Shown: positions 1 to 12,600 of the stretch, one piece after another
Layout: the number at the start of each line of letters is the position of its first letter
Position numbering within the stretch: position 1 is the stretch's first letter
NCBI RefSeq assembly: GCF_009914755.1
Contig: NC_060925.1
Reading direction: 5' to 3' (one strand)
DNA: 64,000 nt
Source of the DNA: the human T2T-CHM13v2.0 reference genome, Homo sapiens
Notes under the pieces: generated by a model
The model's input: only the letters and a program-made list of their open reading frames with translations
The model's database searches: none
What the model was told of the DNA's origin: nothing
Made by a program: the position numbers and the translations under genes

Positions 1-2316
1 AATCGTCATAGAATGGAATCGAATGGATTCATTGAATGGAATCAGATGGAATCATCGAATGGACTGGAATGGAATCATTGAATGGACTCGAAAGGGATCA
101 TGATTGAATGGAATTGAATGGAATCATCGAATGGTCTCGATTGGAATCATTATCAAATGGAATCGAATGGAATCACCGAATAGAATCGAATGGAACAGTC
201 ATCGAATGGACTCAAATGGAATTATCCTCAAATGGAATCGAATGGAATTATCGAATGCAATCGAATGGAATTATCGAATGCACTCGAATAGAATCATCGA
301 AAGGACTCGAATGGAATCATCGAATGGAATGGAATGGAACAGTCAATGAACTCGAATGGAATCATCATTGAATGGAATCATCGAGTGGAATCGAATGGAA
401 TTATGATCAATTGGAATCGAATGTAATCATCATCAAATGGAATCAAAAATAACCATCATCAATTGGTATTGAATGGAATTGTCATCAAATGGAATTCAAA
501 GGAATCATCATCAAATGGAACCGAATGGAATCCTCATTGAATGGAAATGAAAGGGGTCATCATCTAATGGAATCGCATGGAATCATCATCAAATGGAATC
601 GAATGGAATCATCATCAAATGGAATCTAATGGAATCATTGAACAGAATTGAATGGAATCGTCATCGAATGAATTGAATGCAATCATCGAATGGTCTCGAA
701 TGGAATCATCTTCTAATGGAAAGGAATGGAATCATCGCATAGAATCGAATGGAATTATCATCGAATGGAATCGAATGGTATCAACACCAAACGGAAAAAA
801 ACGGAATTATCGAATGGAATCGAAGAGAATCTTCGAACGGACCCGAATGGAATCATCTAATGGAATGGAATGGAATAATCCATGGACTCGAATGCAATCA
901 TCATCGAATGGAATCGAATGGAATCATCGAATGGACTCGAATGGAATAATCATTGAACAGAATCGAATGGAATCATCATCGGATGGAAACGAATGGAATC
1001 ATCATCGAATGGAAATGAAAGGAGTCATCATCTAATGGAATTGCATGGAATCATCATAAGATGGAATCGAATGGAATCAACATCAAATGGAATCAAATGG
1101 AATCATTGAACGGAATTGAATGGAATCGTCATCGAATGAATTGACTGCAATCATCGAATGGTCTCGAATGGAATCATCTTCAAATGGAATGGAATGGAAT
1201 CATCGCATAGAATCGAATGGAATCATCATCGAATGGAATCGAATGGAATCAACATCAAACGGAAAAAAACGGAATTATCGTATGGAATCGAAGAGAATCA
1301 TCGAATGGACCCGAATGGAATCATCTAATGGAATGGAATGGAATAATCCATGGACTCGAATGCAATCATCATCGAATGGAATCGAATGGAATCATCGAAT
1401 GGACTCGAATGGAATAATCATTGAACGGAATCGAATGGAATCATCATCGGATGGAAATGAATGGAATCATCATCGAATGGAATCGAATAGAATTATGGAA
1501 TGAAATCCAGTGTGATCATCATCGAATGGACCCGAATGGAATCATCATCCAACGGAAGCTAATGGAATCAACATTGAATGAATCGAATGGAAACACCATC
1601 GAATTGAAACGAATGGAATTATCATGAAATTGAAATGGATGGACTCATCATCGAATGGATTCGAATGGAATCATCGAATAAAATTGATTGAAATCATCAT
1701 CCAATGGAATCGAATGGTATCATTGAATGGAATCGAATGGAATCATCATCAGATGGAAATGAATGGAATCGTCATAGAATGGAATCGAATGGATTCATTG
1801 AATGGAATCAGATGGAATCATCGAATGGACTGGAATGGAATCATTGAATGGACTCGAAAGGGATCATGATTGAATGGAATTGAATGGAATCATCGAATGG
1901 TCTCGATTGGAATCATTATCAAATGGAATCGAATGGAATCACCGAATAGAATCGAATGGAACAATCATCGAATGGACTCAAATGGAATTATCCTCAAATG
2001 GAATCGAATGGAATTATCGAATGCAATCGAATGGAATTATCGAATGCAATCGAATAGAATCATCGAATGGACTCGAATGGAATCATCGAATGGAATAGAA
2101 TGGAACAGTCAATGAACTCGAATGGAATCATCATTGAATGGAATCGAATGGAATCATCGAGTGGAATCGAATGGAATTATGATCAAATGGAATCGAATGT
2201 AATCATCATGAAATGGAATCAAAAATAACCATCATCAATTGGTATTGAATGGAATTGTCATCAAATGGAATTCAAAGGAATCATCATCAAATGGAACCGA
2301 ATGGAATCCTCATTGA

Positions 2317-2784
2317 ATGGAAATGAAAGGGGTCATCATCTAATGGAATCGCATGGAATCATCATCAAATGGAATCAAATGGAATCATCATCAAATGGAA
2401 TCTAATGGAATCATTGAACAGAATTGAATGGAATCGTCATCGAATGAATTGAATGCAATCATCGAATGGTCTCGAATGGAATCATCTTCTAATGGAAAGG
2501 AATGGAATCATCGCATAGAATCGAATGGAATTATCATCGAATGGAATCGAATGGTATCAACACCAAACGGAAAAAAACGGAATTATCGAATGGAATCGAA
2601 GAGAATCTTCGAACGGACCCGAATGGAATCATCTAATGGAATGGAATGGAATAATCCATGGACTCGAATGCAATCATCATCGAATGGAATGGAATGGAAT
2701 CATAGAATGGACTCGAATGGAATAATCATTGAACGGAATCGAATGGAATCATCATCGGATGGAAACGAATGGAATCATCATCGA
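2317..2784 (+). repeat. 468 bp sub-repeat, type A (representative copy)
   Basis: Begins ATGGAAATGAAAGGGGTCATC. Diagnostic alleles are AATCGCAT, AACAGAATT, TGAATGCAA, TTCTAATGGAAAGG, GGTATCAACACC, CTTCGAACGG and GGAAACGAA. Confidence 0.9.
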
Positions 2785-3252
2785 ATGGAAATGAAAGGAG
2801 TCATCATCTAATGGAATTGCATGGAATCATCATAAAATGGAATCGAATGGAATCAACATCAAATGGAATCAAATGGAATCATTGAACGGAATTGAATGGA
2901 ATCGTCATCGAATGAATTGACTGCAATCATCGAATGGTCTCGAATGGAATCATCTTCAAATCGAATGGAATGGAATCATCGCATAGAATCGAATGGAATT
3001 ATCATCGAATGGAATCGAATGGAATCAACATCAAACGGAAAAAAACGGAATTATCGTATGGAATCGAAGAGAATCATCGAATGGACCCGAATGGAATCAT
3101 CTAATGGAATGGAATGGAATAATCCATGGACTCGAATGCAATCATCATCGAATGGAATCGAATGGAATCATCGAATGGACTCGAATGGAATAATCATTGA
3201 ACGGAATCGAATGGAATCATCATCGGATGGAAATGAATGGAATCATCATCGA
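2785..3252 (+). repeat. 468 bp sub-repeat, type B (representative copy)
   Basis: Begins ATGGAAATGAAAGGAGTCATC, exactly 468 bp after the A copy. Diagnostic alleles are AATTGCAT, CATAAAATGG, AACGGAATT, TGACTGCAA, TTCAAAT, GGAATCAACATC, CATCGAATGGACCC and GGAAATGAA. About 14 differences from A by eye. Confidence 0.9.
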
Positions 3253-3399
3253 ATGGAATCGAATAGAATTATGGAATGAAATCCAGTGTGATCATCATCG
3301 AATGGACCCGAATGGAATCATCATCCAACGGAAGCTAATGGAATCAACATCGAATGAATCGAATGGAAACACCATCGAATTGAAACGAATGGAATTATC

Positions 3400-5643
3400 A
3401 TGAAATTGAAATGGATGGACTCATCATCGAATGGATTCGAATGGAATCATCGAATAAAATTGATGGAAATCATCATCCAATGGAATCGAATGGTATCATT
3501 GAATGGAATCGAATGGAATCAACATCAGATGGAAATGAATGGAATCGTCATAGAATGGAATCGAATGGATTCATTGAATGGAATCAGATGGAATCATCGA
3601 ATGGACTGGAATGGAATCATTGAATGGACTCGAAAGGGATCATGATTGAATGGAATTGAATGGAATCATCGAATGGTCTCGATTGGAATCATTATCAAAT
3701 GGAATCGAATGGAATCACCGAATAGAATCGAATGGAACAATCATCGAATGGACTCAAATGGAATTATCCTCCAATGGAATCGAATGGAATTATCGAATGC
3801 AATCGAATGGAATTATCGAATGCAATCGAATAGAATCATCGAATGGACTCGAATGGAATCATCGAATGGAATGGAATGGAACAGTCAATGAACTCGAATG
3901 GAATCATCATTGAATGGAAACGAATGGAATCATCGAGTGGAATCGAATGGAATTATGATCAAATGGAATCGAATGTAATCATCATCAAATGGAATCAAAA
4001 ATAACCATCATCAATTGGTATTGAATGGAATTGTCATCAAATGGAATTCAAAGGAATCATCATCAAATGGAACCGAATGGAATCCTCATTGAATGGAAAT
4101 GAAAGGGGTCATCATCTAATGGAATCGCATGGAATCATCATCAAATGGAATCGAATGGAATCATCATCAAATGGAATCTAATGGAATCATTGAACAGAAT
4201 TGAATGGAATCTTCATCGAATGCATTGAATGCAATCATCGAATGGTCTCGAATGGAATCATCTTCTAATGGAAAGGAATGGAATCATCGCATAGAATCGA
4301 ATGGAATTATCATCGAATGGAATCGAATGGTATGAACACCAAACGGAAAAAAACGGAATTATCGAATGGAATCGAAGAGAATCTTCGAACGGACCCGAAT
4401 GGAATCATCTAATGGAATGGAATGGAATAATCCATGGACTCGAATGCAATCATCATCGAATGGAATGGAATGGAATCATCGAATGGACTCGAATGGAATA
4501 ATCATTGAACGGAATCGAATGGAATCATCATCGGATGGAAACGAATGGAATCATCATCGAATGGAAATGAAAGGAGTCATCATCTAATGGAATTGCATGG
4601 AATCATCATAAAATGGAATCGAATGGAATCAACATCAAATGGAATCAAATGGAATCATTGAACGGAATTGAATGGAAGCGTCATCGAATGAATTGAATGC
4701 AATCATCGAATGGTCTCGAATGTAATCATCTTCTAATGGAAAGGAATGGAATCATCGCATAGAATCGAATGGAATTATCATCGAATGGAATCGAATGGTA
4801 TCAACACCAAACGGAAAAAAACGGAATTATCGAATGGAATCGAAGAGAATCTTCGAACGGACCCGAATGGAATCATCTAATGGAATGGAATGGAATAATC
4901 CATGGACTCGAATGCAATCATCATCGAATGGAATCGAATGGAATCATCGAATGGGCTCGAATGGAATAATCATTGAACGGAATCGAATGGAATCATTATC
5001 AGATGGAAACGAATGGAATCATCATCGAATGGAAATGAAAGGAGTCATCATCTAATGGAATTGCATGGAATCATCATAAAATGGAATCGAATGGAATCAA
5101 CATCAAATGGAATCAAATGGAATCATTGAACGGAATTGAATGGAATCGTCATCGAATGAATTGACTGCAATCATCGAATGTTCTCGAATGGAATCATCTT
5201 CAAATGGAATGGAATGGAATCATCGCATAGAATCGAATGGAATTATCATCGAATGGAATCGAATGGAATCAACATCAAACGGAAAAAAACGGAATTATCG
5301 TATGGAATCGAAGAGAATCATCGAATAGACCAGAATGGAATCATCTAATAGAATGGAATGGAATAATCCATGGACTCGAATGCAATCATCATCGAATGGA
5401 ATCGAATGGAATCATCGAATGGACTCGAATGGAATAATCATTGAACGGAATCGAATGGAATCATCATCGGATGGAAATGAATGGAATCATCATCGAATGG
5501 AATCGAATAGAATTATGGAATGAAATCCAGTGTGATCATCATCGAATGGACCCGAATGGAATCATCATCCAACGGAAGCTAATGGAATCAACATCGAATG
5601 AATCAAATGGAAACACCATCGAATTGAAACGAATGGAATTATC
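3400..5643 (+). repeat. Long unit variant, 2,244 bp (three 468 bp sub-repeats)
   Basis: Landmark spacing 3400 to 5644 = 1,776 + 468; three CAAACGGAAAAAAAC motifs lie in the interval. Confidence 0.92.
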
Positions 5644-7409
5644 ATGAAATTGAAATGGATGGACTCATCATCGAATGGATTCGAATGGAATCATCGAATA
5701 AAATTGATTGAAATCATCATCGAATGGAATCGAATGGTATCATTGAATGGAATCGAATGGAATCATCATCAGATGGAAATGAATGGAATCGTCATAGAAT
5801 GGAATCGAATGGATTCATTGAATGGAATCAGATGGAATCATCGAATGGACTGGAATGGAATCATTGAATGGACTCGAAAGGGATCATGATTGAATGGAAT
5901 TGAATGGAATCATCGAATGGTCTCGATTGGAATCATTATCAAATGGAATCGAATGGAATCACCGAATAGAATCGAATGGAACAGTCATCGAATGGACTCA
6001 AATGGAATTATCCTCAAATGGAATCGAATGGAATTATCGAATGCAATCGAATGGAATTATCGAATGCACTCGAATAGAATCATCGAAAGGACTCGAATGG
6101 AATCATCGAATGGAATGGAATGGAACAGTCAATGAACTCGAATGGAATCATCATTGAATGGAATCATCGAGTGGAATCGAATGGAATTATGATCAATTGG
6201 AATCGAATGTAATCATCATCAAATGGAATCAAAAATAACCATCATCAATTGGTATTGAATGGAATTGTCATCAAATGGAATTCAAAGGAATCATCATCAA
6301 ATGGAACCGAATGGAATCCTCATTGAATGGAAATGAAAGGGGTCATCATCTAATGGAACCGCATGGAATCATCATCAAATGGAATCGAATGGAATCATCA
6401 TCAAATGGAATCTAATGGAATCATTGAACAGAATTGAATGGAATCGTCATCGAATGAATTGAATGCAATCATCGAATGGTCTCGAATGGAATCATCTTCT
6501 AATGGAAAGGAATGGAATCATCGCATAGAATCGAATGGAATTATCATCGAATGGAATCGAATGGTATCAACACCAAACGGAAAAAAACGGAATTATCGAA
6601 TGGAATCGAAGAGAATCTTCGAACGGACCCGAATGGAATCATCTAATGGAATGGAATGGAATAATCCATGGACTCGAATGCAATCATCATCGAATGGAAT
6701 CGAATGGAATCATCGAATGGACTCGAATGGAATAATCATTGAACAGAATCGAATGGAATCATCATCGGATGGAAACGAATGGAATCATCATCGAATGGAA
6801 ATGAAAGGAGTCATCATCTAATGGAATTGCATGGAATCATCATAAGATGGAATCGAATGGAATCAACATCAAATGGAATCAAATGGAATCATTGAACGGA
6901 ATTGAATGGAATCGTCATCGAATGAATTGACTGCAATCATCGAATGGTCTCGAATGGAATCATCTTCAAATGGAATGGAATGGAATCATCGCATAGAATC
7001 GAATGGAATTATCATCGAATGGAATCGAATGGAATCAACATCAAACGGAAAAAAACAGAATTATCGTATGGAATCGAAGAGAATCATCGAATGGACCCGA
7101 ATGGAATCATCTAATGGAATGGAATGGAATAATCCATGGACTCGAATGCAATCATCATCGAATGGAATCGAATGGAATCTTCGAATGGACTCGAATGGAA
7201 TAATCATTGAACGGAATCGAATGGAATCATCATCGGATGGAAATGAATGGAATCATCATCGAATGGAATCGAATAGAATTATGGAATGAAATCCAGTGTG
7301 ATCATCATCGAATGGACCCGAATGGAATCATCATCCAACGGAAGCTAATGGAATCAACATCGAATGAATCGAATGGAAACACCATCGAATTGAAACGAAT
7401 GGAATTATC

Positions 7410-9653
7410 ATGAAATTGAAGTGGATGGACTCATCATCGAATGGATTCGAATGGAATCAACGAATAAAATTGATTGAAATCATCATCAAATGGAATCGAA
7501 TGGTATCATTGAATGGAATCGAATGGAATCATCATCAGATGGAAATGAATGGAATCGTCATAGAATGGAATCGAATGGATTCATTGAATGGAATCAGATG
7601 GAATCATCGAATGGACTGGAATGGAATCATTGAATGGACTCGAAATGGATCATTATTGAATGGAATTGAATGGAATCATCGAATGGTCTCGATTGGAATC
7701 ATTACCAAATGGAATCGAATGGAATCACCGAATAGAATCGAATGGAACAATCATCGAATGGACTCAAATGGAATTATCCTCAAATGGAATCGAATGGAAT
7801 TATCGAATGCAATCGAATGGAATTATCGAATGCAATCGAATAGAATCATCGAAAGGACTCGAATGGAATCATCGAATGGAATGGAATGGAACAGTCAATG
7901 AACTCGAATGGAATCATCATTGAATGGAATCGAATGGAATCATCGAGTGGAATCGAATGGAATTATGATCAAATGGAATCGAATGTAATCATCATCAAAT
8001 GGAATCAAAAATAACCATCATCAATTGGTATTGAATGGAATTGTCATCAAATGGAATTCAAAGGAATCATCATCAAATGGAACCGAATGGAATCCTCATT
8101 GAATGGAAATGAAAGGGGTCATCATCTAATGGAATCGCATGGAATCATCATCAAATGGAATCGAATGGAATCATCATCAAATGGAATCTAATGGAATCAT
8201 TGAACAGAATTGAATGGAATCTTCATCGAATGCATTGAATGCAATCATCGAATGGTCTCGAATGGAATCATCTTCTAATGGAAAGGAATGGAATCATCGC
8301 ATAGAATCGAATGGAATTATCATCGAATGGAATCGAATGGTATGAACACCAAACGGAAAAAAACGGAATTATCGAATGGAATCGAAGAGAATCTTCGAAC
8401 GGACCCGAATGGAATCATCTAATGGAATGGAATGGAATAATCCATGGACTCGAATGCAATCATCATCGAATGGAATGGAATGGAATCATCGAATGGACTC
8501 GAATGGAATAATCATTGAACGGAATCGAATGGAATCATCATCGGATGGAAACGAATGGAATCATCATCGAATGGAAATGAAAGGAGTCATCATCTAATGG
8601 AATTGCATGGAATCATCATAAAATGGAATCGAATGGAATCAACATCAAATGGAATCAAATGGAATCATTGAACGGAATTGAATGGAAGCGTCATCGAATG
8701 AATTGAATGCAATCATCGAATGGTCTCGAATGTAATCATCTTCTAATGGAAAGGAATGGAATCATCGCATAGAATCGAATGGAATTATCATCGAATGGAA
8801 TCGAATGGTATCAACACCAAACGGAAAAAAACGGAATTATCGAATGGAATCGAAGAGAATCTTCGAACGGACCCGAATGGAATCATCTAATGGAATGGAA
8901 TGGAATAATCCATGGACTCGAATGCAATCATCATCGAATGGAATCGAATGGAATCATCGAATGGGCTCGAATGGAATAATCATTGAACGGAATCGAATGG
9001 AATCATTATCAGATGGAAACGAATGGAATCATCATCGAATGGAAATGAAAGGAGTCATCATCTAATGGAATTGCATGGAATCATCATAAAATGGAATCGA
9101 ATGGAATCAACATCAAATGGAATCAAATGGAATCATTGAACGGAATTGAATGGAATCGTCATCGAATGAATTGACTGCAATCATCGAATGTTCTCGAATG
9201 GAATCATCTTCAAATGGAATGGAATGGAATCATCGCATAGAATCGAATGGAATTATCATCGAATGGAATCGAATGGAATCAACATCAAACGGAAAAAAAC
9301 GGAATTATCGTATGGAATCGAAGAGAATCATCGAATAGACCAGAATGGAATCATCTAATAGAATGGAATGGAATAATCCATGGACTCGAATGCAATCATC
9401 ATCGAATGGAATCGAATGGAATCATCGAATGGACTCGAATGGAATAATCATTGAACGGAATCGAATGGAATCATCATCGGATGGAAATGAATGGAATCAT
9501 CATCGAATGGAATCGAATAGAATTATGGAATGAAATCCAGTGTGATCATCATCGAATGGACCCGAATGGAATCATCATCCAACGGAAGCTAATGGAATCA
9601 ACATCGAATGAATCAAATGGAAACACCATCGAATTGAAACGAATGGAATTATC
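7410..9653 (+). repeat. Long unit variant, 2,244 bp (three sub-repeats); its sub-repeat region duplicates that of the 3400 unit
   Basis: Landmark spacing is 2,244, and it shares private variants with 4200-5640 at an offset of +4,010. Confidence 0.92.
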
Positions 9654-12600
9654 ATGAAATTGAAATGGATGGACTCATCATCGAATGGATTCGAATGGAA
9701 TCATCGAATAAAATTGATTGAAATCATCATCGAATGGAATCGAATGGTATCATTGAATGGAATCGAATGGAATCATCATCAGATGGAAATGAATGGAATC
9801 GTCATAGAATGGAATCGAATGGATTCATTGAATGGAATCAGATGGAATCATCGAATGGACTGGAATGGAATCATTGAATGGACTCGAAAGGGATCATGAT
9901 TGAATGGAATTGAATGGAATCATCGAATGGTCTCGATTGGAATCATTATCAAATGGAATCGAATGGAATCACCGAATAGAATCGAATGGAACAGTCATCG
10001 AATGGACTCAAATGGAATTATCCTCAAATGGAATCGAATGGAATTATCGAATGCAATCGAATGGAATTATCGAATGCACTCGAATAGAATCATCGAAAGG
10101 ACTCGAATGGAATCATCGAATGGAATGGAATGGAACAGTCAATGAACTCGAATGGAATCATCATTGAATGGAATCATCGAGTGGAATCGAATGGAATTAT
10201 GATCAATTGGAATCGAATGTAATCATCATCAAATGGAATCAAAAATAACCATCATCAATTGGTATTGAATGGAATTGTCATCAAATGGAATTCAAAGGAA
10301 TCATCATCAAATGGAACCGAATGGAATCCTCATTGAATGGAAATGAAAGGGGTCATCATCTAATGGAATCGCATGGAATCATCATCAAATGGAATCGAAT
10401 GGAATCATCATCAAATGGAATCTAATGGAATCATTGAACAGAATTGAATGGAATCGTCATCGAATGAATTGAATGCAATCATCGAATGGTCTCGAATGGA
10501 ATCATCTTCTAATGGAAAGGAATGGAATCATCGCATAGAATCGAATGGAATTATCATCGAATGGAATCGAATGGTATCAACACCAAACGGAAAAAAACGG
10601 AATTATCGAATGGAATCGAAGAGAATCTTCGAACGGACCCGAATGGAATCATCTAATGGAATGGAATGGAATAATCCATGGACTCGAATGCAATCATCAT
10701 CGAATGGAATCGAATGGAATCATCGAATGGACTCGAATGGAATAATCATTGAACAGAATCGAATGGAATCATCATCGGATGGAAACGAATGGAATCATCA
10801 TCGAATGGAAATGAAAGGAGTCATCATCTAATGGAATTGCATGGAATCATCATAAGATGGAATCGAATGGAATCAACATCAAATGGAATCAAATGGAATC
10901 ATTGAACGGAATTGAATGGAATCGTCATCGAATGAATTGACTGCAATCATCGAATGGTCTCGAATGGAATCATCTTCAAATGGAATGGAATGGAATCATC
11001 GCATAGAATCGAATGGAATTATCATCGAATGGAATCGAATGGAATCAACATCAAACGGAAAAAAACAGAATTATCGTATGGAATCGAAGAGAATCATCGA
11101 ATGGACCCGAATGGAATCATCTAATGGAATGGAATGGAATAATCCATGGACTCGAATGCAATCATCATCGAATGGAATCGAATGGAATCTTCGAATGGAC
11201 TCGAATGGAATAATCATTGAACGGAATCGAATGGAATCATCATCGGATGGAAATGAATGGAATCATCATCGAATGGAATCGAATAGAATTATGGAATGAA
11301 ATCCAGTGTGATCATCATCGAATGGACCCGAATGGAATCATCATCCAACGGAAGCTAATGGAATCAACATCGAATGAATCGAATGGAAACACCATCGAAT
11401 TGAAACGAATGGAATTATCATGAAATTGAAGTGGATGGACTCATCATCGAATGGATTCGAATGGAATCAACGAATAAAATTGATTGAAATCATCATCAAA
11501 TGGAATCGAATGGTATCATTGAATGGAATCGAATGGAATCATCATCAGATGGAAATGAATGGAATCGTCATAGAATGGAATCGAATGGATTCATTGAATG
11601 GAATCAGATGGAATCATCGAATGGACTGGAATGGAATCATTGAATGGACTCGAAATGGATCAGTATTGAATGGAATTGAATGGAATCATCGAATGGTCTC
11701 GATTGGAATCATTACCAAATGGAATCGAATGGAATCACCGAATAGAATCGAATGGAACAATCATCGAATGGACTCAAATGGAATTATCCTCAAATGGAAT
11801 CGAATGGAATTATCGAATGCAATCGAATGGAATTATCGAATGCAATCGAATAGAATCATCGAAAGGACTCGAATGGAATCATCGAATGGAATGGAATGGA
11901 ACAGTCAATGAACTCGAATGGAATCATCATTGAATGGAATCGAATGGAATCATCGAGTGGAATCGAATGGAATTATGATCAAATGGAATCGAATGTAATC
12001 ATCATCAAATGGAATCAAAAATAACCATCATCAATTGGTATTGAATGGAATTGTCATCAAATGGAATTCAAAGGAATCATCATCAAATGGAACCGAATGG
12101 AATCCTCATTGAATGGAAATGAAAGGGGTCATCATCTAATGGAATCGCATGGAATCATCATCAAATGGAATCGAATGGAATCATCATCAAATGGAATCTA
12201 ATGGAATCATTGAACAGAATTGAATGGAATCGTCATCGAATGAATTGAATGCAATCATCGAATGGTCTCGAATGGAATCATCTTCTAATGGAAAGGAATG
12301 GAATCATCGCATAGAATCGAATGGAATTATCATCGAATGGAATCGAATGGTATCAACACCAAACGGAAAAAAACGGAATTATCGAATGGAATCGAAGAGA
12401 ATCTTCGAACGGACCCGAATGGAATCATCTAATGGAATGGAATGGAATAATCCATGGACTCGAATGCAATCATCATCGAATGGAATGGAATGGAATCATC
12501 GAATGGACTCGAATGGAATAATCATTGAACGGAATTGAATGGAATCATCATCGGATGGAAACGAATGGAATCATCATCGAATGGAAATGAAAGGAGTCAT

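Larger units (their letters stand above)
1624..3399 (+). repeat. Representative canonical 1,776 bp unit (840 bp constant part plus two 468 bp sub-repeats, A and B)
   Basis: The landmark ATGAAATTGAAATGGATGGACTC recurs at 1624 and 3400, and EcoRI GAATTC at 492 and 2268. 17 of 34 complete landmark-to-landmark intervals are exactly 1,776 bp. Confidence 0.95.

Noticed and set aside
788-806. CAAACGGAAAAAAACGGAA A-tract as a poly(A) tail, retroelement remnant or terminator
   Set aside because: It is a fixed 7-A motif present in every 468 bp sub-repeat, in register with the satellite motif, with no element body or hairpin.
7410-7901. TGA versus TTA polymorphism (GGATCATGATTG/GGATCATTATTG) toggling 81+81 aa and 163 aa ORFs as a phase-variation or readthrough switch
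   Set aside because: It is a single segregating satellite SNV among many, with no evidence that the frame is expressed or selected.
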